DNA from: Thermoanaerobaculia bacterium
GTDB taxonomy: Bacteria; Acidobacteriota; Thermoanaerobaculia; UBA5066
Reading direction: 5' to 3'
Length of the DNA stretch: 64,000 bases
NCBI GenBank assembly: GCA_963816185.1
Contig: CAWFJJ010000029.1
Location: 160,001-224,000 of the forward strand
The stretch's first letter is position 1, and each line of letters starts with the position of its first letter. The translations under genes and the position numbers were made by a program. A model generated the notes under the pieces. It saw nothing but the letters and a program-made list of their open reading frames with translations, made no database searches and was not told the DNA's origin. This document shows positions 30,194-39,425 of the stretch, in pieces.

Positions 30194-31258
30194 ATGGAGA
30201 GAAGTCCACTTTGCGTCCCGGGTTTGCGGACGGGGCGGAAGTTGGGGCCGACTCGCGTCGCCTTCGGAATCGCGCTCTCGGCTCTTTTTTGCGTCGCCAG
30301 CTGCGCGAAAAAGGAAGCTCCGGGTCCGGGCACGAAGACGACCGCCGCGGCGAAGACGGAATCTCCGGCTTCGCCGGAATCGGGAGCGGCAATGACCGCG
30401 GAGCAGATCGACGCGGCGCAGCGCTCGGCGATGAAGCTCGTGACGGATACGCCGCTCGCCAAGCTCCGCGTCCTGGCCGTCGTCACCGCCGGAGGAGGCG
30501 AGCCGTTGAATGGCCCGATGGGGATCGCCCTGGATGAGGCCGACAACCTCTACATTGCGGACACCGGGAACGCGCGAGTCGTGCGATGTGACAAGAACGG
30601 AAAGTACCTGGGAGCCTTCGGAGGGCCGGGAGACACGGACGGAAAGTTCAAGGCGCCGGTCGATCTCACGTTTGGCCCGGGGGGGAACCTCGCCGTCCTC
30701 GATCGCGGAACCGGCTTCGTCCAGGCGTTCTCGAAAGACGGGAAGTTCGTGGCGCGCGTCGTCGGGGGCGGAACCGGCGTCTACAACCCCGCCGGAATCG
30801 CGGCGAACGCGAACGCCTTGTTCGTCGCCGACACGGGCACCGGTCGCCTGCTCTCCTTCGCGCCGGGGAGTGCGAAGGGTCAGGAGCTGGCGCGGTCTGG
30901 CTGGGGTCCGGGTGAACTTCGCGAGCCGACCGGCGTCGCCGTGGACGGCGAGGGCATCCTCGTCGTCGACGACCAGAAGAAACAAGTCCTGAGCTATTCG
31001 CTCGACGGCAAGTTTCAGTCTTCCTTCGACACGCCGGCCGCGGGAATCATCCGCATCGTCCGCCTGAAAGACGGCTCGGCGCTCGTCGGAATCGAGCAGC
31101 TGGCTCGATACGACAAGGCGGGGAAGGTGATGGCTCGCTACGGGCAGGTCGGCAAGACGCCCGGCCAGTTCATCGGCCTGTCCGCCCTCGCCGTGGACAA
31201 GGCCGGGAACGTCTGGGTCGCCGACAGCACCCGCGTCCAGAAGGTCGCGCTCGAGTAA
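30194..31258 (+). CDS. NHL-repeat lipoprotein
   Basis: Lipobox VASC; repeats PxGIA..YIADTGNARV and PxGxAV. Confidence 0.85.
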   Translation: MERSPLCVPGLRTGRKLGPTRVAFGIALSALFCVASCAKKEAPGPGTKTTAAAKTESPASPESGAAMTAEQIDAAQRSAMKLVTDTPLAKLRVLAVVTAGGGEPLNGPMGIALDEADNLYIADTGNARVVRCDKNGKYLGAFGGPGDTDGKFKAPVDLTFGPGGNLAVLDRGTGFVQAFSKDGKFVARVVGGGTGVYNPAGIAANANALFVADTGTGRLLSFAPGSAKGQELARSGWGPGELREPTGVAVDGEGILVVDDQKKQVLSYSLDGKFQSSFDTPAAGIIRIVRLKDGSALVGIEQLARYDKAGKVMARYGQVGKTPGQFIGLSALAVDKAGNVWVADSTRVQKVALE

Positions 31259-31270
31259 CGCCCGCTGCCC

Positions 31271-32467
31271 TCATTTCGGCGGAATGAGGTGCTTCTCGTC
31301 GAGCCACCCGAGGAGGCTCTTGGCGACGACGCCGTAGCCGTACGGCGTGTCATGACAATGGTCGTACAAGAGCCGTTCGTGGTGTGCGTCCCAGTCGGCC
31401 CGGAGCGGCGGGACGAGGTCGTAGAAGGGGATCCCGAGGCGTGAGCACATCCTCCGGCATCTGTTCTGCGGCTCGAAGTCCTGGACGGTGCCCATGATCT
31501 GGATGTGGACGGGGAAGAGGAAGACCGCCAGGGGCCGGCCGCTCTCGTCGACCGACTTCTTGAAGACCGACATCATCTCGCCGATGAGGTCCCACGCCTT
31601 CGGGTTCCAGCCGAGGCCGAAATCCATGTACGCGTTGTAGATCTCGAAGTCGAAGGCGTCCTTGTCGTGGAACATGTCGCCGGACTTCAGGTTCCGTTTT
31701 CCCTGGAAGACCTCCCGCCATTTCGGGTCGATGTCCTTGAGATTCGTCGGCCGGAAAAAGCGCGCGCTGAGGATCTGGGACCGCGAGGCGACCCACGAGA
31801 GAAAGCGGCTCTTCGCGAACGGGTACGGGATCGCGCGTGCGTAGAACTGGCCCGCGTTCACGGCGTCGTTCAGGTACATGCCGACGAGAACGAGGTCGGG
31901 ATCGACCTCGTCCTTCAGCTCCGTATAGAAATAGAACTCTTCCATCGTGCCGACGCCGGGAAGCCCCGCGTTGATGAAGCGGATCGTGCGTCGGCGACCC
32001 TTCGCTAGCGCCTCCAGGCGCCGGGTGAGCGTGTCCTCCTCCTTCACGAAGTCGCCGAACGTGGTCGAATCGCCCAGGACGAGCACGCGAAACTCTCCGG
32101 GCGCCTTGGGTCCGAGCTCGTCGTAGCGCACGCCGATCGAGTTGATCTTGAGGATGACGTCGGTGTGACTCAGAGAGTGATCGTGGATCTCGGCCCGCGT
32201 GTTCGGCCGGAGCCTGAGCCCCCGCGGTCCGCCCCAGACGAGAACGCTGTCGATATGGCCGCTCTCCTCGGTTTTCTTCGGCTCGTAAACGTCGGCCGTC
32301 GTCGCGATGTTCTCGATCCGGACCGTCTGGGGGCGTGGAAGGAGGATGCGTGTCCCGACCTCGCAAAGGGCGAGAGCGAGAAGACACGAGGAAAGAAAGA
32401 GCGCGAAGTTCCCGAGACATCCCGACTTGATCCGCGGCGGGGATCCGTCGTGGGAATCCGCAGACAT
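31271..32467 (-). CDS. Membrane-anchored SGNH/GDSL family protein, paralog of 23313..24506
   Basis: LGDSTTFG, NAGLPG, YDHCH; shares long blocks such as DFEIYNAYMDFGLGWN with the 23313 gene. Confidence 0.85.
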   Translation of the reverse strand: MSADSHDGSPPRIKSGCLGNFALFLSSCLLALALCEVGTRILLPRPQTVRIENIATTADVYEPKKTEESGHIDSVLVWGGPRGLRLRPNTRAEIHDHSLSHTDVILKINSIGVRYDELGPKAPGEFRVLVLGDSTTFGDFVKEEDTLTRRLEALAKGRRRTIRFINAGLPGVGTMEEFYFYTELKDEVDPDLVLVGMYLNDAVNAGQFYARAIPYPFAKSRFLSWVASRSQILSARFFRPTNLKDIDPKWREVFQGKRNLKSGDMFHDKDAFDFEIYNAYMDFGLGWNPKAWDLIGEMMSVFKKSVDESGRPLAVFLFPVHIQIMGTVQDFEPQNRCRRMCSRLGIPFYDLVPPLRADWDAHHERLLYDHCHDTPYGYGVVAKSLLGWLDEKHLIPPK

Positions 32468-32526
32468 TTGCGTCATCCTAGCAAGCGGAGCACGCGGAGC
32501 GAGGTGCTACCATCGAAGCGTCTGAG

Positions 32527-34560
32527 ATGGGAGAAAGGGGACCGGTGCGCCTCGCGCTGCAAGCGCTCGCGGCGGCAGCGGTCGCGATCCTTCTCTTCCT
32601 GCTCGTCTCCGGGGTTGCGGCTTCCGACCGCGCCGGAGCCGCCACGCTCGGAACGCTTTCCGGTCTCTTGCGCTTTCTGACCGGTGCCGGCGTCCTCGTT
32701 CAGAATACTTTTTCACGACACCTCGTGATTCTTCGCGGGGCGCTCCTGGCGGCGGCGGCCGTCGGCGCGTTCTCCCTCGCCCGGGATCGGCGCGAGAGGC
32801 TGAAGAGCGAACTGCCGATCCTTCTCGGGATCTTCGTGCTCGCCCTCTCGGCGACGTTCCTGCCCTCCTCCCCGGGGAGTGCTTTCGTGCTCGGTTTCGT
32901 CGGCGGAGCGGGTCTCCTGCTCGTCCCCGCGCGCTTACGTGATGGGCCGCCCTGGAACGCGGTCTGGCTCGCGGTGCCCCTCGCGCTCGGGGTCCTCCTG
33001 CGCTTCTACGGGCTCGAGGCGACGCCTCAGGCGTACTCCGAGCACGCGGTCGTCCACCACGTCTCCCTCTCGCTGCCGCACAAAGACGCGCTCTTTTCGT
33101 TGCTCCAGGGCGGGAAGCTCCGCGAGGCGGCCGGGACGGCCTGGGAGTGGATCGTGACGGAGCATTTCGGTCTGATCTCGCTCCTGGCGGCGATCGGCTT
33201 CAAGGCCGTCGGGGTTAGTCTCACGATCTCGCGCAGCTTCTCCGCCGCCACGGGCGCGCTCGCGGTCCTCTGTGCCTACTTCTGCGGCAAGAACCTCTTC
33301 GACCGCCGCGTCGGCCTCGTCTTCTCGTTTCTCCTCGCCATCTGCCCGTGGCATATCGCCGGCTCGCGCTACGGAGATCTCGAGCACGTCCTTTCGACTC
33401 TCCAGCTCCTGCTCGCGATCACGCTCTACGCGGCGGCGATCCGGCGCGGGCGGACGCTCGACTGGATCCTCGCGGGAGGGGTCCTGGGACTCTCCTGGTT
33501 CGTCTACGCCTCGAACCAGATCCTGCCGGTGATCGTAGGACTCCACCTCCTTCTCATGCTCATGTTCCGCCGAGGGTTCTTCCGGAGGGTGTGGTGGAGG
33601 GTCCTGCTCTTCTCGGCGGTCTTCACCGCGCTCAGCTTCTCGACGCTCGCGACGATTGCACACGACGGGATCCTGAAACCGAACCTTCACACCGGATACC
33701 AGGCCGGCCCGGCGATCCCGTTCGAACGATTCGAGCGGAACGCGCAGATGACCCGCGAGACGCTCCGCGAGCTCTTCGTCAAGGTGGACGACGCATGGTT
33801 CATCAAGCCCGGCGGAGGTCTCAGCCTGACCGAGGAGACCCTTCTCGTCCCGGGCATCCTCCTCTGCCTCGCCGGGCTCTTCGTCCAAGAGCTCCGATGG
33901 TCGTCGGCGCTCATCCTCGTCGGCCTGCCGCTCTCGCTCCTTCCCGGGATCCTCGGCCCCGACCCGGCCTTCCGCCGCGTCTTCCCTGCGGCGATCCTCA
34001 CGCTCCTCGTCGCGGCGTTCGCCCTCGTCCGCGCCGGCGACGGCCTGCGTGCGCTCGGCGTTGCGCCAGCCGTGGCGAATGCCGCGGGCGCCACCCTCGC
34101 GGTCGTCCTCGTCCTCCTGAACGCGCACATCTACTTCGACGTCGTGCACGTCGACACCGAAGACTCCTGTCGCTATTACACGACGATGGCGCGCGAGATG
34201 CGGAAGATCCTCGGGGCGGAGTTCGTATACGTCTACGTCCCCTCGACCGTCTCTCCCGACGATCATCACGGGTACATCCGACTCGAGGCCTACGAGAAGC
34301 TCGAGTCGCTCACGGCAAGAGGGAAGAGCCAGGAGGATCTTTACGAGGTCGTCGCGGGACGTAAGCTTCTCGACGTGCTCAGGAGTCCGCGGCGCATCTC
34401 CGGCAGGTGCCGGATCCTGGCGGAGGCGGGTCTCGTCCAGAACCAGGACGACGGATTCGATTTGCGCGTGGCGATCCGCAACGCGTTTCCAGGGGCTCGT
34501 GAAGAGGACCTCTTGGATGGCCGCCATCAGCCCGTGGTGAAGGCGTGGCTGCTCCCGTAG
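32527..34560 (+). CDS. ArnT/PMT_2-like GT-C membrane glycosyltransferase
   Basis: Polytopic, LRFYGL..P, PWHIAGSR. The DE position reads SE. Confidence 0.7.
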   Translation: MGERGPVRLALQALAAAAVAILLFLLVSGVAASDRAGAATLGTLSGLLRFLTGAGVLVQNTFSRHLVILRGALLAAAAVGAFSLARDRRERLKSELPILLGIFVLALSATFLPSSPGSAFVLGFVGGAGLLLVPARLRDGPPWNAVWLAVPLALGVLLRFYGLEATPQAYSEHAVVHHVSLSLPHKDALFSLLQGGKLREAAGTAWEWIVTEHFGLISLLAAIGFKAVGVSLTISRSFSAATGALAVLCAYFCGKNLFDRRVGLVFSFLLAICPWHIAGSRYGDLEHVLSTLQLLLAITLYAAAIRRGRTLDWILAGGVLGLSWFVYASNQILPVIVGLHLLLMLMFRRGFFRRVWWRVLLFSAVFTALSFSTLATIAHDGILKPNLHTGYQAGPAIPFERFERNAQMTRETLRELFVKVDDAWFIKPGGGLSLTEETLLVPGILLCLAGLFVQELRWSSALILVGLPLSLLPGILGPDPAFRRVFPAAILTLLVAAFALVRAGDGLRALGVAPAVANAAGATLAVVLVLLNAHIYFDVVHVDTEDSCRYYTTMAREMRKILGAEFVYVYVPSTVSPDDHHGYIRLEAYEKLESLTARGKSQEDLYEVVAGRKLLDVLRSPRRISGRCRILAEAGLVQNQDDGFDLRVAIRNAFPGAREEDLLDGRHQPVVKAWLLP

Positions 34561-37448
34561 CCGTTCCCGCCGGGCGGACGCGCGCCCTCATCCTCGTCCT
34601 GACGGGAGCGGCGGCGCTCGCGCTGGCCGCCATCGGGGAGGCGAGAATTGAAAAAGGGAGCCGGCCCGGGATCGGCCTCGCTCTCTACGCTTCTGGAATT
34701 GCGCTTTTCGCGTTCGGGGCGTTCGAGTCCGGCGCGCGTTCGGCCGGGGGGGAGCCGCCCGCAAGCGCGACGCGCGGGCGCCTCACGGAGGTTCTTTTCG
34801 CCGTGCTCGCTCTCGCGGCGATCGTTCCGGCCGCGTTGCTTCTCGGACGTCTTCAGGGAGAGACGGGGCCGCTTGAGGTCGCCCTCTGGCTCGCCAGCCT
34901 CGGGCTCGTCGCCGTCGCCGGCTTCGCCGGGCGCCATGTCACCGCCTTTCCCGCGCGTTGGAAGACGATCCTGCCGGAATCGCGCGCAGGACGCTCGGCG
35001 TTCGCAGTCGTAGCCGTGGCGGTGCTCGTCGTGGCCGCCGTCGCGCGCCTATGGGCGCTCGATCGGATTCCGGCCGGGATCAACGCTGACGAAGGCGACC
35101 GCGCCGCCGTCTCGATCTGGATGCTCCGAGGCGACTACCCCGGGGGCGCGTTCGGGAGCGGGTGGTATCACATCAGCAACGTCTACTTCTGGATCCTCGC
35201 CCGCACGATGGACGTGTTCGGGATCGGCGTCGCCGGCGCCCGGACGCTCGGTGCGCTCTGCGGGTTCCTGACCGTCGGTCTCGTCCTCCTCCTGGCGCTG
35301 CGCCACTTCGGCTGGCGAGTCGCTCTCCTTTCGGGAAGCATCGCCGCGCTGAGCGGTGTCGCTCTCCAATTCTCCAGGGAGACGACCGAGGCCACGCCGA
35401 CCGCGACACTCTGGACTCTCTCGGCGCTCTTCTTCCTGGAGGCGGCCCGCTCCGGTCGCGCCTGGGCATGGATCGGCGCCGGCCTTGCGGGCGGCCTCTC
35501 GTTCTACTTCTACCCTCCGGGCCGTCTCTGGCCGGTGCTCGCGGCGCTCTTCTGCGTCGCCCTCTTCCTGCAGGGACCGCGCGCGATCCGCGGAAGGCTC
35601 GCAGCCGGGATCGCGGCGGCTGCCCTCGCGGCCGTTCTCGCGATCGCTCCGTTCTTCGTGAACGCCATCCGTCGCGGGACGTTCACGATACGAGCCCGCG
35701 AAACTTCAGTGTTCGTTTCCGGGAACCGCGATCGGCTGGGGTACTGGAGGAAGGAGTGGAGCCTGCCGCGACTCCTGGTCGCGCAGCTCGACCAATCCTT
35801 CGCCATCTTCGACCGACTTCCGGACAACAACTACTTCTGGCCGAGCGGTCGGCCGATTCTTCCGGGCGGGCTCTCCGTTCTGACGCTCCTCGGGCTCGGC
35901 GCCGTGGCGCTCAAGGTGCGTGACCCGCGGATGGCTCTCCTCACGGCCTGGTTCGGCGTCGGCTTCGTCGGAATGGTGGTCACGGTCGAGACCCCGGCGC
36001 TTCAGCGGATGGCGGGCGCCGTCCCGGTCCTCGCGCTCTTTCCCGCGCTCGTCCTCGACGACATGGTGCGGCGGATCTCCTCCATTCACCCCTCCTCCAT
36101 TCACCCGCATGAAGGCGTCGCAATGCGACGCGCCCTCACGGCGACAGCGACGGCCGCGAGCTTCGCCGTGGTCGCCTTCTTCATGAGGAAGGAAGTCGTC
36201 TTCTACTTTCAGGATTACGGCCCACGCACCGAACCCTGGTCGTTTCCGAACCGTGAGGCGCGAACGGTGGCCGAGCAGGGAACGGACAGTTGGGTCTTCA
36301 CGCTCGGCCCTCACTTCCACAAGGTGACGTCGGGGTGGGTGCGTTTCCTCGCCCGGAACACGCCGCGAGGCGGTCTGCGCTTTCCCGGGAGCGATCTTCC
36401 GATTGCCATCCCCGCGAACAGGAATCTGGTCTTCATGGTCTACCCCAATCAGAGCGACTACCTTCCCTGGCTTCAGGAGATTTACCCAGGCGGGACGTTG
36501 CTGCCGGTCAAGCCTGACGGGAATGTCTGGTTCACGATCTACCGCCTTCCGAAGGATCGGTGGAAGGCGACTCAGGGAGCGCTCGCGATCTTCCCGGACG
36601 GTCGTGAGGCCCGCGTCTCCCGTCTCGGCGAGACGCCCGCAACGAGCGCAACCCGTCCGTCGCGTTGGGCAGCGGCCTTGCGCGTGAGCCGAACCGGAAA
36701 TTACGCGTTCCGTCTCGGTTCCGGCCCCGCCTCGCTCGAGATCGACGGGGTGCGCGTCGCTCACGTCCTCTCGGGGGAGACGGAGGCGGTCGCGGCCGCG
36801 ACGCTCCTCAGGGGCGACCACGCCGTCCTGTTCGAGGTCGGACCCTCCGGAAAGCCCGATCTCGGATGGGCCAGGCTGGCCTCAACGCTCGAGAGCACGC
36901 CGCCGTTCGCCTGGTCGCCTCCCCCCACCCCTCTCCTTCGCCCGGTCGCGACGCCGCCCGGAGGTCTCCTCGGAATCGTGACGATCCCGGGCCGTCCCGA
37001 TCGACGGCGTCTCGACGGCACGATCGCGACGGCGAGCCTCTCGGAACAGATCGGGCGTTCTGACTCCTTCGATGTCGTCTGGAGTGGAACGCTCGACGTC
37101 CGGGTCCCGGGCCTCCATCGGTTCGCGTTCCGGACCGCCGGAGCGGACGTCGATCTGACCCTCGACGGCGCGCGCGTCTGGAGGGAGGGAGAGCAGCCGG
37201 AAACGCTCGTCTGGCGCGAGGCGAGGCTCGGAGCCGGCCCGCATGACGTGCGCATCGCCGTTCACGTGGCGCATCCGCCAGGTCAGGTCGAATGGATCTG
37301 GGCTCCCCCCGGAGGGGCGCCATCGATCGTCCCGGCGTCCGTCCTCGCGCCTCCTCCCGGATCCGGAGTCGGGCCCGAGACGCCGAAAGACGTGGTCGAG
37401 AGGGACAAGAGTCAGCCGATGGATCATCCGTTCGAGCCGGAGCGGTAG
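34545..37448 (+). CDS. ArnT/PMT_2-like GT-C glycosyltransferase with degenerate PA14-like domains
   Basis: PAGINADEG, QFSR, YFYPxGR; C-terminal FDVVWSGTL..PGLHRF..GPHDVRI..WAPPGG. Confidence 0.78.
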   Translation: MAAPVAVPAGRTRALILVLTGAAALALAAIGEARIEKGSRPGIGLALYASGIALFAFGAFESGARSAGGEPPASATRGRLTEVLFAVLALAAIVPAALLLGRLQGETGPLEVALWLASLGLVAVAGFAGRHVTAFPARWKTILPESRAGRSAFAVVAVAVLVVAAVARLWALDRIPAGINADEGDRAAVSIWMLRGDYPGGAFGSGWYHISNVYFWILARTMDVFGIGVAGARTLGALCGFLTVGLVLLLALRHFGWRVALLSGSIAALSGVALQFSRETTEATPTATLWTLSALFFLEAARSGRAWAWIGAGLAGGLSFYFYPPGRLWPVLAALFCVALFLQGPRAIRGRLAAGIAAAALAAVLAIAPFFVNAIRRGTFTIRARETSVFVSGNRDRLGYWRKEWSLPRLLVAQLDQSFAIFDRLPDNNYFWPSGRPILPGGLSVLTLLGLGAVALKVRDPRMALLTAWFGVGFVGMVVTVETPALQRMAGAVPVLALFPALVLDDMVRRISSIHPSSIHPHEGVAMRRALTATATAASFAVVAFFMRKEVVFYFQDYGPRTEPWSFPNREARTVAEQGTDSWVFTLGPHFHKVTSGWVRFLARNTPRGGLRFPGSDLPIAIPANRNLVFMVYPNQSDYLPWLQEIYPGGTLLPVKPDGNVWFTIYRLPKDRWKATQGALAIFPDGREARVSRLGETPATSATRPSRWAAALRVSRTGNYAFRLGSGPASLEIDGVRVAHVLSGETEAVAAATLLRGDHAVLFEVGPSGKPDLGWARLASTLESTPPFAWSPPPTPLLRPVATPPGGLLGIVTIPGRPDRRRLDGTIATASLSEQIGRSDSFDVVWSGTLDVRVPGLHRFAFRTAGADVDLTLDGARVWREGEQPETLVWREARLGAGPHDVRIAVHVAHPPGQVEWIWAPPGGAPSIVPASVLAPPPGSGVGPETPKDVVERDKSQPMDHPFEPER
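36077..36106 (+). repeat. In-frame 15-bp tandem duplication (SSIHP x2)
   Basis: CTCCTCCATTCACCC repeated twice. Confidence 0.8.
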
Positions 37449-37473
37449 GGGAGGACCGAGAAGGTCCGGCGCC

Positions 37474-39381
37474 CTACTTCTCCGTAAACGTCTTGAGGTC
37501 GAGGCGCTGTACGAGGTGGCGGCGGAACTCGTCGGGCGGGAGGGACGCGACCTGGCGGCCCACGTGATGCTCGATCGCGTTGAGAACCCTCTCCCACAGG
37601 AATTCGCGGCGGGCGATCTCGTCGAGGTCGCGCACCTTGCCGAATTCCTGGACGTACTTGTTGTGGCGGCAGAGCATGCGGAAGGCGTGTCGCGTGTTCG
37701 GCCGGCGGATGGGCAGGCCGAGGATGCGCACGTCGTTGCCGACGTCGTGAATCGGCTGTCCCCACTCGTTGTATCCGCCGAAGATCGTGCCGAGCTTCTC
37801 GAGCGCGTTCGCGAGCTTCGGCTCGCCGCCTTTCTCGAGCGCCGTCTTCACGATCGGCAGCGTGATGTTGCGGAAGAGCGTGGGATCGGCGAGCCGCACG
37901 TTGATGCCGATCTCCTCACGCGCGATGCGGGCAATGTCGTCGGACCGGATGCGGTTGTCCGTTGCGAGGTGAATCCGCTCGCCGATCGACTCCGGAACCG
38001 TCAGACAGGCGAGGATGCCCTGGACGACCCGATCCACGGGCACGAGGTTCAGCTCGGCCGAGGCGTCCCCGGGAAAGCTCGAGGCGATCGCGCCGATGAG
38101 CCAGGCCTTGCCGCGGCCGACCGTATCCGCCTGCAGGGAGTCTATCGCCTCCTTGGAGCGTCCGAACGCGTTGATGGGCGCGTTCACGACCTTCGTGTCG
38201 CCGCGGTTGTTGCCGGTCCTGCTGTGGCCGATGACGATCGCGGGAAGGAGCTGCGACACGCGCAGCCCTCTCTCGACGAGCGTGTAATCGGTCTCGAGCG
38301 AGGCCATCGCCTTCGTGAGCTCGTAGAAATTGTTGTAGAAGTTCCGGGGGAAGACGAGGGCGGACTCCTGAGCGGTCGTCTTCTTCTTCCGCCCGTGGAT
38401 GTAGGACGTCTCGATCGCGACGTGCTGGATGAACTTCGAGCCCTTGGACTCCTGGAGGGAGAGCGCGAACTGCAGAGCGTTGCGCGCGCCCTGCACGTTC
38501 GCGCGGAAGGAGCTCTCGTAGGAATCGTCGAAGGAGACGCTCGCGGCGCAGTGCACGACGTGCGTGAGCGTCTTTCGGAGCCGGCCCAGCTCCTTCGGCG
38601 CGATGCCGAGATCGGCCTTCTCGATGTCTCCGTCCACGAAGACGAACTTTTTCGCCTTCGTGCCGGAGATGTGAAGACGACGGAGAAGGACGGCACCGCG
38701 TTGCGAAGGCGAGAGGACTTTCACGACCTCCTTCGTCTTCGGGTCGCGGACCTTCTCGGGCCGCACGACCGAGACGACGCGCTCGATGCGGCGGTCGCCC
38801 GCGGCTTGCGCGAGGAGCTCCTTGCCGAGGAAGCCCGTCGCGCCCGTCAAGAGGACGTGCAGGCGCGGGCTTCGGCCGCGCGCGCGGAGGAGGGCGCGGG
38901 CGTCTTTCTGGAGCTTCTCGATGCGGGCCTTGACCTCCTTCTCGGAGAGATGCGAGGCCTCGCGGAACTTGAAGAAGACGTCCCGGTCCGCCACGCCGAT
39001 GAGGCTCTTCGCGCCTCTTTCGACGGCCTTGCTCCCCGTGGCCGAGCCGATGGCCTGGGCGAGCCTGATCCCGAGGAGGTTCACTTTCCTCAGGCCGTCC
39101 TTGACGGCGTTCTCGTTGCCGGTCCACTGGATCAGGCGGCTCGCGAGGTATTGGGCCGTGACGTCGATCGGATTCTTGTCGCGGTGGGCATGGACGAGCA
39201 GGTCGTCCGGGTCGATCGGCCGGAGGATCTCCTTGCCGGTCGAAAAGCTGACGTTCGCGATATAGCGCGAAGGCGAGCTCTCCCACAGCATTTCGCCCTT
39301 CGGGTTCACGGTCGGCGAGATCTCGCGCGGAGGGGCTCCCGCGGACCCAGGGGCGGGCGAGGCGGCTTCTGTCTCCGGCAT
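37474..39381 (-). CDS. Extended SDR, fatty acyl-CoA/thioester reductase-like (NAD_binding_4), with N-terminal extension
   Basis: LLTGATGFLG, HCAASVSF, YELTK (YxxxK), LNLVPVD; GAGGAG before ATG 39381. Confidence 0.8.
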   Translation of the reverse strand: MPETEAASPAPGSAGAPPREISPTVNPKGEMLWESSPSRYIANVSFSTGKEILRPIDPDDLLVHAHRDKNPIDVTAQYLASRLIQWTGNENAVKDGLRKVNLLGIRLAQAIGSATGSKAVERGAKSLIGVADRDVFFKFREASHLSEKEVKARIEKLQKDARALLRARGRSPRLHVLLTGATGFLGKELLAQAAGDRRIERVVSVVRPEKVRDPKTKEVVKVLSPSQRGAVLLRRLHISGTKAKKFVFVDGDIEKADLGIAPKELGRLRKTLTHVVHCAASVSFDDSYESSFRANVQGARNALQFALSLQESKGSKFIQHVAIETSYIHGRKKKTTAQESALVFPRNFYNNFYELTKAMASLETDYTLVERGLRVSQLLPAIVIGHSRTGNNRGDTKVVNAPINAFGRSKEAIDSLQADTVGRGKAWLIGAIASSFPGDASAELNLVPVDRVVQGILACLTVPESIGERIHLATDNRIRSDDIARIAREEIGINVRLADPTLFRNITLPIVKTALEKGGEPKLANALEKLGTIFGGYNEWGQPIHDVGNDVRILGLPIRRPNTRHAFRMLCRHNKYVQEFGKVRDLDEIARREFLWERVLNAIEHHVGRQVASLPPDEFRRHLVQRLDLKTFTEK

Positions 39382-39425
39382 CGGCTCCTCCGAAACGAGG
39401 AGGAGCATTGTAGTCCCCAGGCGCG

